Origin: an uncultured Clostridia bacterium
GTDB taxonomy: Bacteria > Bacillota > Clostridia > Oscillospirales > CAG-272
Reading direction: 5' to 3'
Assembly (NCBI GenBank): GCA_947630625.1
Contig: CANRIL010000011.1
Span: 2,065 to 66,064, forward strand
DNA: 64,000 nucleotides
The translations under genes were made by a program, and so were the position numbers. Below the pieces are notes generated by a model. The model saw only the letters and a list, made by a program, of their open reading frames with translations. It ran no database searches and was not told where the DNA came from. This document shows, one piece after another, positions 54,301-64,000 of this stretch (the stretch's first letter is position 1; each line of letters opens with the position of its first letter).

Positions 54301-55722
54301 ATGGAATATATAAACATCGAATCGGCTTCCCGTGTCCCGAAGAGAATACTGTCACAGCTTATGAGCTCGCTCTCCGCAGGCGTCGTCCCGCGCGCGGGCG
54401 CGCCTTACATCGCGATAGGGCGGACGGACGAGATCGCCGCCTTGACCTCGGACCTCGCCCGCGTCGCCGAAGGGGAGGGCGCGATGCGCTTTCTGATCGG
54501 CCGTTACGGCTCCGGCAAGAGCTTCCTGATACAGCTTATGCGCGGATACGCGCTTGAACGCGGGTTCATTACCGCGGACTGCGACCTTTCGACGGAACGC
54601 CGCCTTTGCGGCACCTCCGGTTCGGGGCTCGCCACGTACCGCGAGCTTTTGCGCAACCTCGCGACAAAATCCTCTCCCGACGGCGGCGCGCTCTCGCAGC
54701 TTCTGGCGCGCTGGATATCGGAAATCAAATCCTCCGTCGCCGCCTCCGGCGTGCAGCCCGGCACGCCGTCTTTTGACAGCGCGGTCAAAAAGCGCATTTA
54801 CGACACCGTCCGCGCCCTTGAAGACGGCGTCGGCGGCTTTGACTTCGCACTTGTGCTCGCCAGCTACTACGAGGCGTGCGAGGCGGAGGACGAGGACAAA
54901 AAAAGCGCGTGCCTGCGCTGGCTGCGCGGCGAATATTCGACGAAAACCGAGGCAAAAGCGGCGCTGCGCACGGGCTCCATCATAAACGACGACAACTGGT
55001 ACGACGAGATCAAGCTGCTCGCGCGGCTCGCCGTCAGCATCGGATACAGCGGGCTCGTCGTCTTCATCGACGAATGCGTCAATTTATATAAAATCCCTAA
55101 CCGCATTTCGCGCGAGAACAACTATGAAAAGATACTCTCGATGTATAATGACACACTCGAAGGCAGGGCGGAACACTTAATGCTCATATTCGGCGGCACG
55201 CCGCAGTTTCTCGAAGACAGGCGGCGCGGGCTTTTCAGCTATGAGGCGCTGCGCGGGAGGCTTTCGGACGGCAGATTTGACAGCGGCGAATACAAGAACA
55301 TGATAGGACCCGTCATTAGGCTGCGCCGCCTCTCCGACAACGAGCTTCTGGCGCTCGTCCTGCGCGTGACGGCGCTGCATGCGCGCTACTATAACTGGGA
55401 GCCGCGCCTCTCGGACGGCGATCCCGAAGCGTTTGTGCGCGCGTGCCTTGAGCTTGCGGGCGCAAACATAATGGTGACGCCGCGCGAGATCATACGCGAT
55501 TACATCTCGATCCTCAATATCCTCTACCAGAACCCGGACGCAAAATTCGCTGACATCGTGAAGACCTCGCTCACGCTGACGCCCGCCGAAGACGCCGGAG
55601 AAGCCGGTGGGGAGACAGCCGGAAACGTCGGCGCGGGAGGGGGAACCGCCGTAGACGCCGACGTATCAGCGTCTGAAAAAAAGCCCGCGTCCGCCTTTGA
55701 CCCGAACGATATCATAATATAA
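54301..55722 (+). CDS. P-loop ATPase of the DUF2791 / BREX BrxD-like family (SngB-like)
   Basis: SSLSAGVVPRAGAPYIAIGRTDE, Walker A FLIGRYGSGKSFLIQL and Walker B GLVVFIDECVNLY. Confidence 0.75.
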   Translation: MEYINIESASRVPKRILSQLMSSLSAGVVPRAGAPYIAIGRTDEIAALTSDLARVAEGEGAMRFLIGRYGSGKSFLIQLMRGYALERGFITADCDLSTERRLCGTSGSGLATYRELLRNLATKSSPDGGALSQLLARWISEIKSSVAASGVQPGTPSFDSAVKKRIYDTVRALEDGVGGFDFALVLASYYEACEAEDEDKKSACLRWLRGEYSTKTEAKAALRTGSIINDDNWYDEIKLLARLAVSIGYSGLVVFIDECVNLYKIPNRISRENNYEKILSMYNDTLEGRAEHLMLIFGGTPQFLEDRRRGLFSYEALRGRLSDGRFDSGEYKNMIGPVIRLRRLSDNELLALVLRVTALHARYYNWEPRLSDGDPEAFVRACLELAGANIMVTPREIIRDYISILNILYQNPDAKFADIVKTSLTLTPAEDAGEAGGETAGNVGAGGGTAVDADVSASEKKPASAFDPNDIII

Positions 55723-55784
55723 ACCGCATACGTTTTTTAAAGTTAACGAAGGGAGGGGTGCTCTCTCTGGGCACATGATCCGCC

Positions 55785-58046
55785 ATGAGAAACGCCGAAG
55801 AAGTGATAGAGCGGTTCGCTCCGTTCATACAGGAATACATCTATTCGCACGGCTGGGACAGACTGCACGAGGTGCAGCTGCTCGCCGCCGAGACTATCTT
55901 CTGTACGGACAACAACCTGCTTATAACGTCCGCTACCGCGTCCGGAAAGACGGAGGCCGCGTTCTTCCCCATACTCTCCGAATTTTATTCCGACCCGCCG
56001 ACGAGCGTCGGCGCGATATATATCGCGCCGCTGAAAAGCCTCATCAACGACCAGTTTGCCCGCATCGACGAGCTGCTTGACATGACCGGCATTCCCGTTT
56101 ACCATTGGCACGGGGACGTGGCGCAGTCGCACAAGTCAAAGCTGTTGAAGTCGCCGTCGGGGATACTTCAGATCACGCCGGAATCGCTCGAGTCGATGCT
56201 GATGAATCGCCCGAACGACATCCCGCGCCTTTTCGGCGACCTGCGCTACATCATAATCGACGAAATACACACGATGACGAACACCGACCGGGGCAATCAG
56301 GTCATCTGCCAGATAGAGCGAATCTCGCATTCGATCGGCCACCGTCCGCGCAGGATCGGGCTGTCCGCCACCGTCGGCGACCCCGAAAAGGCGGCGCGCT
56401 GGCTCTCCGGCGGCGACACGCGCGACTGCGATATCCCGCGAACGTCCGGAGGCGCGCTGCGCTGGCGGCTCGGACTTGAACATTTCTATCTTGCCGACGA
56501 AGAAACGCTTCACACCGGAACGCACGAGATACGCAAAACGCCCTCCCAGGGCGACCTTGAGCTTTCCCCTGAGGACACCCCGACGGAGATAGACCCCGGC
56601 TACGAATACGTCTACGACTGCGTAAAGGGGCGGCGCGCCCTCGTCTTCTCGAACTCGCGGGAGGAAACCGAATACGTCTGCGCGACGCTGCGGCAGATCG
56701 CGGAAAACAGGCGCGAACCCGACATCTTCCTCATCCACCACGGCAACCTCTCCGCCTCGATACGCGAAGAGGCGGAGCTACTGCTTAAAAGCGAGGAAGA
56801 TACGATGGTGGCGTGCGCCACGGTCACGATGGAACTCGGCATCGACATCGGCAGGCTCGAACGGATCGTGCAGATAGGCTCGCCGAATTCAGTCTCAAGC
56901 TTTCTTCAGCGGCTCGGGCGCTCCGGCAGGCGCGGCGACCCGCCGGAGATGATGATGGTATTCCGCGAGGAACCGCACGTCCCGAACACGCCGCTGCCCC
57001 AGCTCATGCCGTGGGAGCTGCTGCGCGCGATAGCGATCATTCAGCTCTACATCGAGGAACGCTTCATCGAGCCGCCGTCAACGCGAAAAATGCCGTTTTC
57101 GCTCCTCTTTCAGCAGACGCTCTCGATCCTCATCTCGTCAGGCGAGCTGACGCCGAAGCGCCTTGCCGACCGAGTTCTCTCGCTGCCTCCGTTCCGCTTC
57201 GTCGACCGCGAGGATTATAGGACGCTGCTCGTCTCGATGATAAAAAACGATTTTCTTGAATACACGGATGAAGGCGGGCTTATAATCGGTATAAAGGGCG
57301 AACGGCTTACGTCCGGATTCAAATTTTACGCCGTCTTCAAGGATTCCGAGGACTACACTGTCCGCTGCGAATCGGACGAGATCGGCACGATCTCCGAAGC
57401 GCCGCCCGTCGGTGACCGCTTTGCGCTCGCGGGACGCGTCTGGGAGGTCGAGGAACTTGACCTGCCGCGCAAGCTCATATACGTCAAATCGGTCGGCGGC
57501 AAGATGGAAATATCGTGGCCGGGCGAATACGGCGAGATACACACGCGCATACTTGAGCGCATGTACCGCGTCCTCGCCGAGGACACGGAGTACCCGTATC
57601 TTAAAGAGGGCGCCGCCCGAAGGCTTGAGGACGCGCGCCGCGTCGCCCGCAATACGGGGATGCTCGAACGCCCGATCGTCTCACTCGGAGGGCTGTCGTA
57701 CTGCATGTTCCCGTGGCTCGGGACGCGCTCGTTCCGCACGCTGAGGCGCTATCTCTCGAAAAACGCGCAGAAATACAAGATATCGGGCATCGAATTTGAG
57801 GGCTGCTGCTTTATCGAATTCAAGATGGAGCGCGGAGACGCCGCCTCGCTCATGGACAGCATAAACCGCGATTTTATAAACGGCGTCGACAAATATTCTC
57901 TCGTCGGCGACAACGAGACGCCCGCGTTTGACAAATACGACGACTACGTCCCCTCGGAGCTTCTGCGCCGCGCATATACGGAGGAACGGCTGCGCACGGA
58001 CGAGATCGAGGCGCGCGCCAAAAACGGCTGGAAGCTTTACGTCTGA
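55785..58046 (+). CDS. Superfamily-2 DEAD/DEAH helicase, Lhr/BrxHI-like (SngC-like)
   Basis: The Q-motif region is WDRLHEVQ. Walker A is SATASGKTEAAFFP, the DEIH box is YIIIDEIHTM, SAT is LSATVG, and motif VI is QRLGRSGRRG. An extension of about 300 aa follows at the C-terminus. Confidence 0.8.
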   Translation: MRNAEEVIERFAPFIQEYIYSHGWDRLHEVQLLAAETIFCTDNNLLITSATASGKTEAAFFPILSEFYSDPPTSVGAIYIAPLKSLINDQFARIDELLDMTGIPVYHWHGDVAQSHKSKLLKSPSGILQITPESLESMLMNRPNDIPRLFGDLRYIIIDEIHTMTNTDRGNQVICQIERISHSIGHRPRRIGLSATVGDPEKAARWLSGGDTRDCDIPRTSGGALRWRLGLEHFYLADEETLHTGTHEIRKTPSQGDLELSPEDTPTEIDPGYEYVYDCVKGRRALVFSNSREETEYVCATLRQIAENRREPDIFLIHHGNLSASIREEAELLLKSEEDTMVACATVTMELGIDIGRLERIVQIGSPNSVSSFLQRLGRSGRRGDPPEMMMVFREEPHVPNTPLPQLMPWELLRAIAIIQLYIEERFIEPPSTRKMPFSLLFQQTLSILISSGELTPKRLADRVLSLPPFRFVDREDYRTLLVSMIKNDFLEYTDEGGLIIGIKGERLTSGFKFYAVFKDSEDYTVRCESDEIGTISEAPPVGDRFALAGRVWEVEELDLPRKLIYVKSVGGKMEISWPGEYGEIHTRILERMYRVLAEDTEYPYLKEGAARRLEDARRVARNTGMLERPIVSLGGLSYCMFPWLGTRSFRTLRRYLSKNAQKYKISGIEFEGCCFIEFKMERGDAASLMDSINRDFINGVDKYSLVGDNETPAFDKYDDYVPSELLRRAYTEERLRTDEIEARAKNGWKLYV

Positions 58047-58065
58047 ACGGCGGGGATACCATAAT

Positions 58066-60516
58066 ATGAAGATAGATTACGACAAAGAATCAAATACCAT
58101 CGCCGTGACCGTACGGGAGCTCGTTGATTTTCTGTGCCGCTCCGGCGACATAGGCGCACGATCGCCCGTCACCTCGGAGGCGGGAAAGCTCGCCCACAAG
58201 CGCGCCGAGGACGCGAGCGGCCCCGCGCTTCTCGAAGTGCCGCTTGAGCTTACGACATCGTGCGACGGCATAAATTACCGCATCACCGGGCGCGCCGACA
58301 TCATCACGCCCGGCGAAGGTCATGACACGGTCGAGGAGCTTAAAACGACTGCGTCGACGTTTCCCGGCTCGAACGCCGCAATCCCGCCCGCCCACATCGC
58401 GCAGTGCGTGCTTTACGCCTATATGTGGTGCGTCGGCAGAGGGCTCGATTCAGCCGCCGCGAGGATAACGTATATCCCGCAAAAGGAGGGACGCGAACGC
58501 AGCTTTGAATGTCTGTTTTCAGTAAATGAGCTCGCGGACACCGTATCTTCCCTGCTTTCAAAATACACGCGCTGGGCGCGCCTCTGCATAGAGCGCGAAG
58601 AAACGCTCCCGAAAGCCGTCAAATCTATACGTTTCCCATACGGCAAGCCCCGCGACGGGCAGGTTGAATTCATGACCGCCGTCGTAAAGGCGGCGCGCAC
58701 GCGCGGGAAACTTTTGATCCAGGCGCCGACGGGCACCGGCAAAACAATGGCGTCGCTATATCCGTCCGTCAAGGTGCTCGGCGCCGGATACGCGGACAGG
58801 ATATTTTATCTGACCGCAAAAACCTCGATCCGCCTCGCCGCGGAGGACGCGGCGGGAGAACTGCTCGCCTCGGCGAGTCAGCTGCGGGCGATCTCGCTTC
58901 TCGCCCGCGAGCGCGTCTGCCCGAACACGGAGGCGCAAACCGCCGAAGCATACTGTTCTGCCGACTTTTGCCCCCGCGCGCGCGGGCACTACGACAGGGT
59001 GACGGACGCGCTCTGGGAGCTCATAGGTGTCGCCGGACGCGGCAAGGTCATAACTCCGGCAGACATAAAGGACACCGCGGAGCGATTCTCTGTCTGCCCC
59101 TACGAGCTTTCGCTTGACGCCGCCGAATTCTGCGACATCATAATCTGCGACTACAACTACGTGTTTGACCCGCGCGTCTACCTCCGCCGCTTTTTCGACG
59201 ACGGCGACGACAATCCGCACCGCGGGGAAAAATATATCCTGCTCTGCGACGAAGCCCACAACCTCGTCGATCGCGCGCGGGAGATGTATTCGGCCTCGAT
59301 CAAGCTCTCCGAGATCGAGCAGCTGCTCCCGGCAACGGAATCGACCGGCGAGCTTTACGCCTCGCTCTTGACGCTTTCGGACTGCGTGCGCTTCCTGCGT
59401 TCATATTTCGAGGAGATCACGCTCGACTCAAAGGGGCGGGAACGCGGGTTTTACGTCAGGGAGGAGCCGTTTTCAGTCATAAGCTCAGCCGCCGCCCGCG
59501 CGGCGGACGCGTGCGGACGCGAAGCGTTCTTCCTGCGGACATCGGATTCAAAGGAAGAGCGGCGTCTTTCGCGCGAGCTATTGAATCTGCGCCGACGGCT
59601 CAGGGACTTTGCCGTGTCCACGGACGGATTTGACAGACGGCATACCGCATACGCCGAAATATTTGACGGGGACATAAAGTGCTCTCACATCTGCCTTGAC
59701 GCCTCGGAGCACCTTGCCTTGCGAATGCGCCGCGCCTCCGCCGTCGTCATGTTCTCGGCGACGCTCGAGCCGCCCGACTATTTTGCCCGCGTGCTCGGCT
59801 GCCGGAATTATAACGCGATCGAGCTTTCATCCCCGTATGACGAATCAAACCTCTGTCTGCTCGCCGCCGACAAGATCAGCACGCGCATGACAGACCGCGA
59901 GGTCAGCGCGCCGGAGATCGCCGCGATGGTGCACACCGTCATATCCGCGAAGACGGGCAACTACATCTGCTATCTGCCGTCTTATCAGTATCTTGAGCTG
60001 ATCGTCCGCGAATTTGAAGGACGGTACGGGCGGGACGGCATCGACATTGTTGTGCAGAAGCGGCACATGACGGAACAGGAGAGAGGAAATTTCCTGTCCG
60101 AATTTTCCCCCGCGCCGACGAAAACGAAGGTCGGCTTCTGCGTGCTCGGCGGCGTCTTTTCGGAAGGCGTCGATCTGCCGGGGGACAGGCTTTCGGGCGC
60201 CGTCATCGTCGGCGTCGGTCTGCCGCAGCTTTCGGCGGAACTGAATCTTCTGCGCGACTACTATGAACGCGTCTGCGAGCGCGGATACGAGTTCGCATAC
60301 GTTTTCCCCGGCATGAACAAGGTGCTTCAGGCAGCCGGGCGCGTTATACGCGGCGAGGACGACCGGGGCGTAGTCCTTTTGATCGACGACCGCTTCGGTT
60401 CGGACGAATATGTATCTCTCTTCCCCTCGCACTGGAGCGGGATGCGCTACGTCGGCAGCCTCCGCGAGCTCGGGCTCGCGCTCACGCAATTCTGGGGCGA
60501 TCGTCCTGCAATATGA
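58066..60516 (+). CDS. Fusion of a PD-(D/E)xK (RecB/Cas4-like) nuclease domain with an XPD/DinG-family Fe-S helicase
   Basis: The nuclease motifs are GRADIITP...VEELKT (D...ExK) and AQCVLYAY (QxxxY). The helicase motifs are Walker A QAPTGTGKTMAS, four Cys between motifs I and II (VCPN, YCSADFCP, VCPYE), the DEAH box LCDEAHNL, and Helicase_C_2-type GVFSEGVDLPG and AGRVIRGEDDRGVVLLID. ATG 58066 lies 20 nt after the upstream stop. Confidence 0.8.
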   Translation: MKIDYDKESNTIAVTVRELVDFLCRSGDIGARSPVTSEAGKLAHKRAEDASGPALLEVPLELTTSCDGINYRITGRADIITPGEGHDTVEELKTTASTFPGSNAAIPPAHIAQCVLYAYMWCVGRGLDSAAARITYIPQKEGRERSFECLFSVNELADTVSSLLSKYTRWARLCIEREETLPKAVKSIRFPYGKPRDGQVEFMTAVVKAARTRGKLLIQAPTGTGKTMASLYPSVKVLGAGYADRIFYLTAKTSIRLAAEDAAGELLASASQLRAISLLARERVCPNTEAQTAEAYCSADFCPRARGHYDRVTDALWELIGVAGRGKVITPADIKDTAERFSVCPYELSLDAAEFCDIIICDYNYVFDPRVYLRRFFDDGDDNPHRGEKYILLCDEAHNLVDRAREMYSASIKLSEIEQLLPATESTGELYASLLTLSDCVRFLRSYFEEITLDSKGRERGFYVREEPFSVISSAAARAADACGREAFFLRTSDSKEERRLSRELLNLRRRLRDFAVSTDGFDRRHTAYAEIFDGDIKCSHICLDASEHLALRMRRASAVVMFSATLEPPDYFARVLGCRNYNAIELSSPYDESNLCLLAADKISTRMTDREVSAPEIAAMVHTVISAKTGNYICYLPSYQYLELIVREFEGRYGRDGIDIVVQKRHMTEQERGNFLSEFSPAPTKTKVGFCVLGGVFSEGVDLPGDRLSGAVIVGVGLPQLSAELNLLRDYYERVCERGYEFAYVFPGMNKVLQAAGRVIRGEDDRGVVLLIDDRFGSDEYVSLFPSHWSGMRYVGSLRELGLALTQFWGDRPAI

Positions 60517-60763
60517 CAATTTATTCCTATAATCATCGTTTGCGTCTGCCGGAGATATCAATGTCTCCCCGAAATATGCGCACTTGTGTTTTTACACAGT
60601 AAAAGCGCCTGCGGCCTCTGTATTATTGGTAAAATGTTAGTGCAATCTATTGTTGCTTTTTAACCGTTTTCATAATATAATATATAAGCCGTCCTTTAGA
60701 AAATGAATTTACAGCGCCGGCAATGTTGCAAAACGCGGCGCGGAAGGGATAAAGGATAACACA

Positions 60764-62167
60764 ATGGAAAGAAAAGATCTGACAACGGTCAGGGCGATCT
60801 GGCAGTCGCCTGAGAAATTTGCCGATCAGGAACTGCACGTCGCCGGCTGGGCGCGCAAGCTGCGCGCGTCGAACGCGTTCGGCTTCATCGAGCTGAACGA
60901 CGGCACGTATTTCTCGAATCTGCAAATAGTCTTTGAGGCGAACGTCATCCCGAACTATGACGAGATCGCGCATCAGAACATCGGCTGCGCGCTCCACGTC
61001 CGCGGCAAGCTGGTGCTCACGCCCGGCGCGAAGCAGCCGTTCGAGATCCATGCCGATACCGTGACGGTCGAGGGCACATCGACGCCCGATTACCCGCTTC
61101 AGAACAAGCGGCATACAATGGAATACCTGCGCTCGCTCGCGCATCTGCGTCCGAGGACGAACACGTTCTCCGCCGTATTCCGTGTGCGCAGCGAAGCGGC
61201 GTTTGCTATCCACAGCTTTTTCAACGAGCGCGGATTCGTGTATGTGCACACCCCCATCGTCACCTGCTCCGACTGCGAGGGCGCGGGCGAAATGTTCCGC
61301 CTGACGACGCTTGACATGGAAAATCCGCCGCGCGGCGAGGACGGAAAGATCGACTATTCAAAGGACTTCTTCGGCAAGCCCGCCAACCTGACAGTCTCAG
61401 GGCAGCTCAACGTTGAAACGTTCGCCCAGGCGTATTCGAACGTCTACACGTTCGGTCCTACGTTCCGCGCCGAAAATTCGAACACGCCGCGCCACGCCGC
61501 CGAATTCTGGATGATCGAGCCTGAGATCGCGTTTGCCGACCTTGAAGACGACATGGAGCTCGCCGAGGCGATGATAAAGCACATCATAAGGCACGTTCTG
61601 AAGACGTGCGCCGCCGAGATGGAGTTCTTCGACAAATTTGTCGCGCCCGGCAAAATCGCCCAGCTGCAGGCGCTTGTTGAGAGCGACTTCGGCAGGGTCA
61701 CATATACGGAAGCTGTAGACCTGCTCTCGAAATCGGGCGCGGATTTCAAATTCCCCGTCTTCTGGGGCATGGATATGCAGACGGAGCATGAACGCTACCT
61801 TACCGAGAAAATCTTCGGCAAGCCCGTATTTGTCACCGATTATCCGAAGGAGATCAAGGCGTTTTATATGCGCCTGAACGACGACGGCAAGACCGTCGCG
61901 GCGTGCGATATGCTTGTGCCGGGCGTCGGCGAAATGATAGGCGGCTCCCAGCGCGAGGAGCGCCTCGACTACCTGCTCGCCGCGATCGACCGCTGCGGGC
62001 TGCGCCGCGAGGATTACGAGTGGTATCTGGAGCTGCGCCGCTTCGGCAGCACGAAGCACGCCGGATACGGGCTCGGATTTGACAGACTTCTTATGTATAT
62101 TACCGGAATGCAGAATATCCGCGACACCGAACCGTTCCCGAGAACGGCTGGAAACGCCGAGTTCTGA
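60764..62167 (+). CDS. asnS: Asparagine--tRNA ligase
   Basis: N-terminal OB fold ([22 protein letters not shown]) and class II motifs [29 protein letters not shown] and [13 protein letters not shown]. Confidence 0.95.
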   Translation: MERKDLTTVRAIWQSPEKFADQELHVAGWARKLRASNAFGFIELNDGTYFSNLQIVFEANVIPNYDEIAHQNIGCALHVRGKLVLTPGAKQPFEIHADTVTVEGTSTPDYPLQNKRHTMEYLRSLAHLRPRTNTFSAVFRVRSEAAFAIHSFFNERGFVYVHTPIVTCSDCEGAGEMFRLTTLDMENPPRGEDGKIDYSKDFFGKPANLTVSGQLNVETFAQAYSNVYTFGPTFRAENSNTPRHAAEFWMIEPEIAFADLEDDMELAEAMIKHIIRHVLKTCAAEMEFFDKFVAPGKIAQLQALVESDFGRVTYTEAVDLLSKSGADFKFPVFWGMDMQTEHERYLTEKIFGKPVFVTDYPKEIKAFYMRLNDDGKTVAACDMLVPGVGEMIGGSQREERLDYLLAAIDRCGLRREDYEWYLELRRFGSTKHAGYGLGFDRLLMYITGMQNIRDTEPFPRTAGNAEF

Positions 62168-62187
62168 TATTTCCACGGAGGAAAAAA

Positions 62188-63450
62188 TTGAACGAAGCTG
62201 AGTATTTGGCGCTTCGGCGCCGTTATGAAGAAATTAAAAATCGCCATCTCGCCCTGGACCTGACGCGCGGCAAGCCGGGGAAATGTCAGCTTGACCTTTC
62301 TATGGGGATGCTCGACATCGTGAAGGACAGCGCCGACTGTCTGGCGGAAGACGGGCTTGACTGCCGCAATTACGGACTTCTGGACGGACTCCCGGAGGCA
62401 AAGCGCCTCTTTTCGGAGCTTTTGTCGATCCCGGCGGAAAACATCCTCGTCGCGGGGAATTCGAGCCTTAATTTGATGTACGACTGCATCATACGCGCGA
62501 TGCAGTTCGGCGTTTACGGCAGCGAGCGCCCGTGGGGGCGCGAGGACCGCGTCAAATTTCTCTGCCCCGTGCCCGGTTACGACCGCCATTTCGCGATCTG
62601 CGAATCGCTTGGGATAGAGATGATCCCCGTCGCGATGACGAACGAGGGTCCCGACATGGATACGGTCGAGCGCCTTGTCTCGTCCGACCCAGCGATCAAG
62701 GGGATATGGTGCGTGCCGAAATACAGCAACCCGTCAGGGATCACATACAGCGACGAAGTTGTCCGCCGCTTTGCGGCTCTCGAACCGGCGGCTCCCGATT
62801 TCCGCATATTCTGGGATAACGCCTACGCGGTGCACGACCTTTATCCGGAGCAGAGAGCCGAGCTGCTTGACATATTCTCGGAGGCCGCAAAGCTCGGGGA
62901 AAAGCACGAAAACATGATAATGTATTTCGCCTCGACCTCGAAGATCACGTTCCCAGGTTCCGGCGTCGCGATCATGGCGGCGAGCCGCGACAACCTTGAG
63001 CAGATCAAAAAGCTGATGTTCTATCAGACGATAGGATATGACAAAATAAATCAGATGCGCCACGTCAAATATTTCGGCTCCGCCGACGGCATCCGCCGCC
63101 ACATGGAACAGCACGCGAAAATCCTGCGTCCGAAATTTGAGATCGTATGCGATACGCTTGAACGCGAGCTCGGCGGGAAAGGCGTCGCCGAATGGACGCC
63201 GCCGCTCGGCGGATATTTTGTCAGCCTCAACGTCCGGCCGGGACAGGCGCGCCGCGTCTATGAGCTGTGCCGCGACGCCGGGGTAAAGCTGACCGAAGCG
63301 GGTGCTACATACCCGTATCATCACGACCCCGAAGATAAAAATCTCCGCATCGCGCCCACATTCCCCGACAACGACAGCCTCAGCCTCGCAATGGAGATAC
63401 TGTGCCTCTGCGTCCTGCTCGCGTCGGAGGAAGCAAAACGCTCAAACTGA
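62188..63450 (+). CDS. PLP-dependent aminotransferase (fold type I; putative aspartate aminotransferase family)
   Basis: TTG start. LDLTRGKPGKCQLDLS, FWDNAYAVHDL, and FASTSKITFPGSGVA (the PLP-Lys region). Confidence 0.75.
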   Translation: MNEAEYLALRRRYEEIKNRHLALDLTRGKPGKCQLDLSMGMLDIVKDSADCLAEDGLDCRNYGLLDGLPEAKRLFSELLSIPAENILVAGNSSLNLMYDCIIRAMQFGVYGSERPWGREDRVKFLCPVPGYDRHFAICESLGIEMIPVAMTNEGPDMDTVERLVSSDPAIKGIWCVPKYSNPSGITYSDEVVRRFAALEPAAPDFRIFWDNAYAVHDLYPEQRAELLDIFSEAAKLGEKHENMIMYFASTSKITFPGSGVAIMAASRDNLEQIKKLMFYQTIGYDKINQMRHVKYFGSADGIRRHMEQHAKILRPKFEIVCDTLERELGGKGVAEWTPPLGGYFVSLNVRPGQARRVYELCRDAGVKLTEAGATYPYHHDPEDKNLRIAPTFPDNDSLSLAMEILCLCVLLASEEAKRSN

Positions 63451-63463
63451 TAATATATACGCG

Positions 63464-63494
63464 GCGGAGCGGCTTTTTCGAAAAGCCGCTCCGT
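63464..63494 (+). terminator. Hairpin after the aminotransferase gene
   Basis: cggagcggctttt / tcg / aaaagccgctccg. No clear T-tail. Confidence 0.5.
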
Positions 63495-63587
63495 CTCTTG
63501 CCATTATTGTTTTCTGACATGCAAAGCGAAAAAAAGCGCGTGACTTTTTGCCGCGCAGCTTTAAAATAATCGAAGGGTGAATTTATT

Positions 63588-64000
63588 ATGAAAGACGGAT
63601 TTCTGAAGGTCGCGGCAGTCACGCCGGATATAAAGGTGGCAGACCCGATATATAATATGGAGCAGCTTGTCAAGTCGGTGACCGGCGCCGCCTCGCTCGG
63701 CGCAAAGGTGATCGTGACCCCGGAGCTCGCCATGTGCGGATACACGTGCAGCGATCTTTTCTGGCAGGAAGCGCTGATACGCTCGTCAAGAGCGCAGCTT
63801 GCGGCTTTCGTCGCCGAAACGCGCAGCATCGACGCGCTTATTTTCGTCGGGCTGCCGTTTGAACACGAAAACAAGCTCTATAACGTAGCCGCCGCCGTGT
63901 GTCACGGGGATGTTCTCGGCATTGTTCCGAAAAAACATCTGCCGACGTATAACGAATTTTACGAATCGCGCCACTTCACCCCGGCGTCTGATGAGATAGC
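63588..64000 (+). CDS. nadE: Glutamine-dependent NAD+ synthetase, N-terminal CN-hydrolase domain; the 3' end lies outside the window
   Basis: The frame is open from ATG 63588 to the window end. MKDGFLKVAAVTPDIKVADPIYN...KVIVTPELAMCGYTCSDLF...LYNVAAAV...VPKKHLPTYNEFYESRHF is the typical long-form NadE N-terminus. It is absent from the ORF track because no stop lies in the window. Confidence 0.8.
   Translation, partial: MKDGFLKVAAVTPDIKVADPIYNMEQLVKSVTGAASLGAKVIVTPELAMCGYTCSDLFWQEALIRSSRAQLAAFVAETRSIDALIFVGLPFEHENKLYNVAAAVCHGDVLGIVPKKHLPTYNEFYESRHFTPASDEI

Overview
The window is visibly GC-rich (I did not compute values) and Gram-positive in character. The evidence is a single-chain glyQS, an LCP protein, a CIRCE-like operator, BceAB-type and MsmX-type ABC components, and an ECF sigma/anti-sigma pair. 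This fits a high-GC Clostridia-like chromosome, which is an inference from gene content. Most of the window is housekeeping: Fe-ADH 3' end, a GH63-like glycosidase, rsuA-like, tex, an orphan sugar-ABC ATPase, trkAH, LMW-PTP, rsmA, recQ, glyQS, dusB, abfA, three M42 peptidases, hsp20, asnS, an aminotransferase and the nadE 5' end.

Accessory content stands out in six places:
1. A four-gene operon at 52.3-60.5 kb, driven by a perfect consensus promoter. It encodes a TerB-N/TerB-C protein, a DUF2791/BrxD-like P-loop ATPase, an Lhr/BrxHI-like DEAH helicase, and a PD-(D/E)xK nuclease fused to an Fe-S XPD/DinG helicase. The first three genes match the Shango (SngABC) defence architecture. The fourth gene is a possible extra component. 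This is my top candidate.
2. A solitary 1105-aa gene at 13.9-17.2 kb encoding a DUF4062 (TIR-like) domain, a STAND P-loop NTPase and TPR repeats. A strange C-rich degenerate repeat with a G-quadruplex motif lies upstream.
3. Two AT-rich islands. One carries an orphan BceAB-like transporter (about 33.6-37.1 kb). The other carries a TetR gene plus two esterases (48.83-51.45 kb) and is bracketed by a 49-bp perfect direct duplication of a terminator hairpin.
4. A tandem array of 59-60 bp palindrome-containing repeats that forms the 3' end of a peptidase gene.
5. Two convergent HEFGH surface proteins that share a GGCGS-TM-basic C-terminal signal.
6. An SPFH-RHH operon with a perfect 12-bp-arm palindrome over its -10 element.

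I recognised no rRNA, tRNA, CRISPR array, transposase or integrase. The many long antisense ORFs in the track are GC-driven shadow ORFs.
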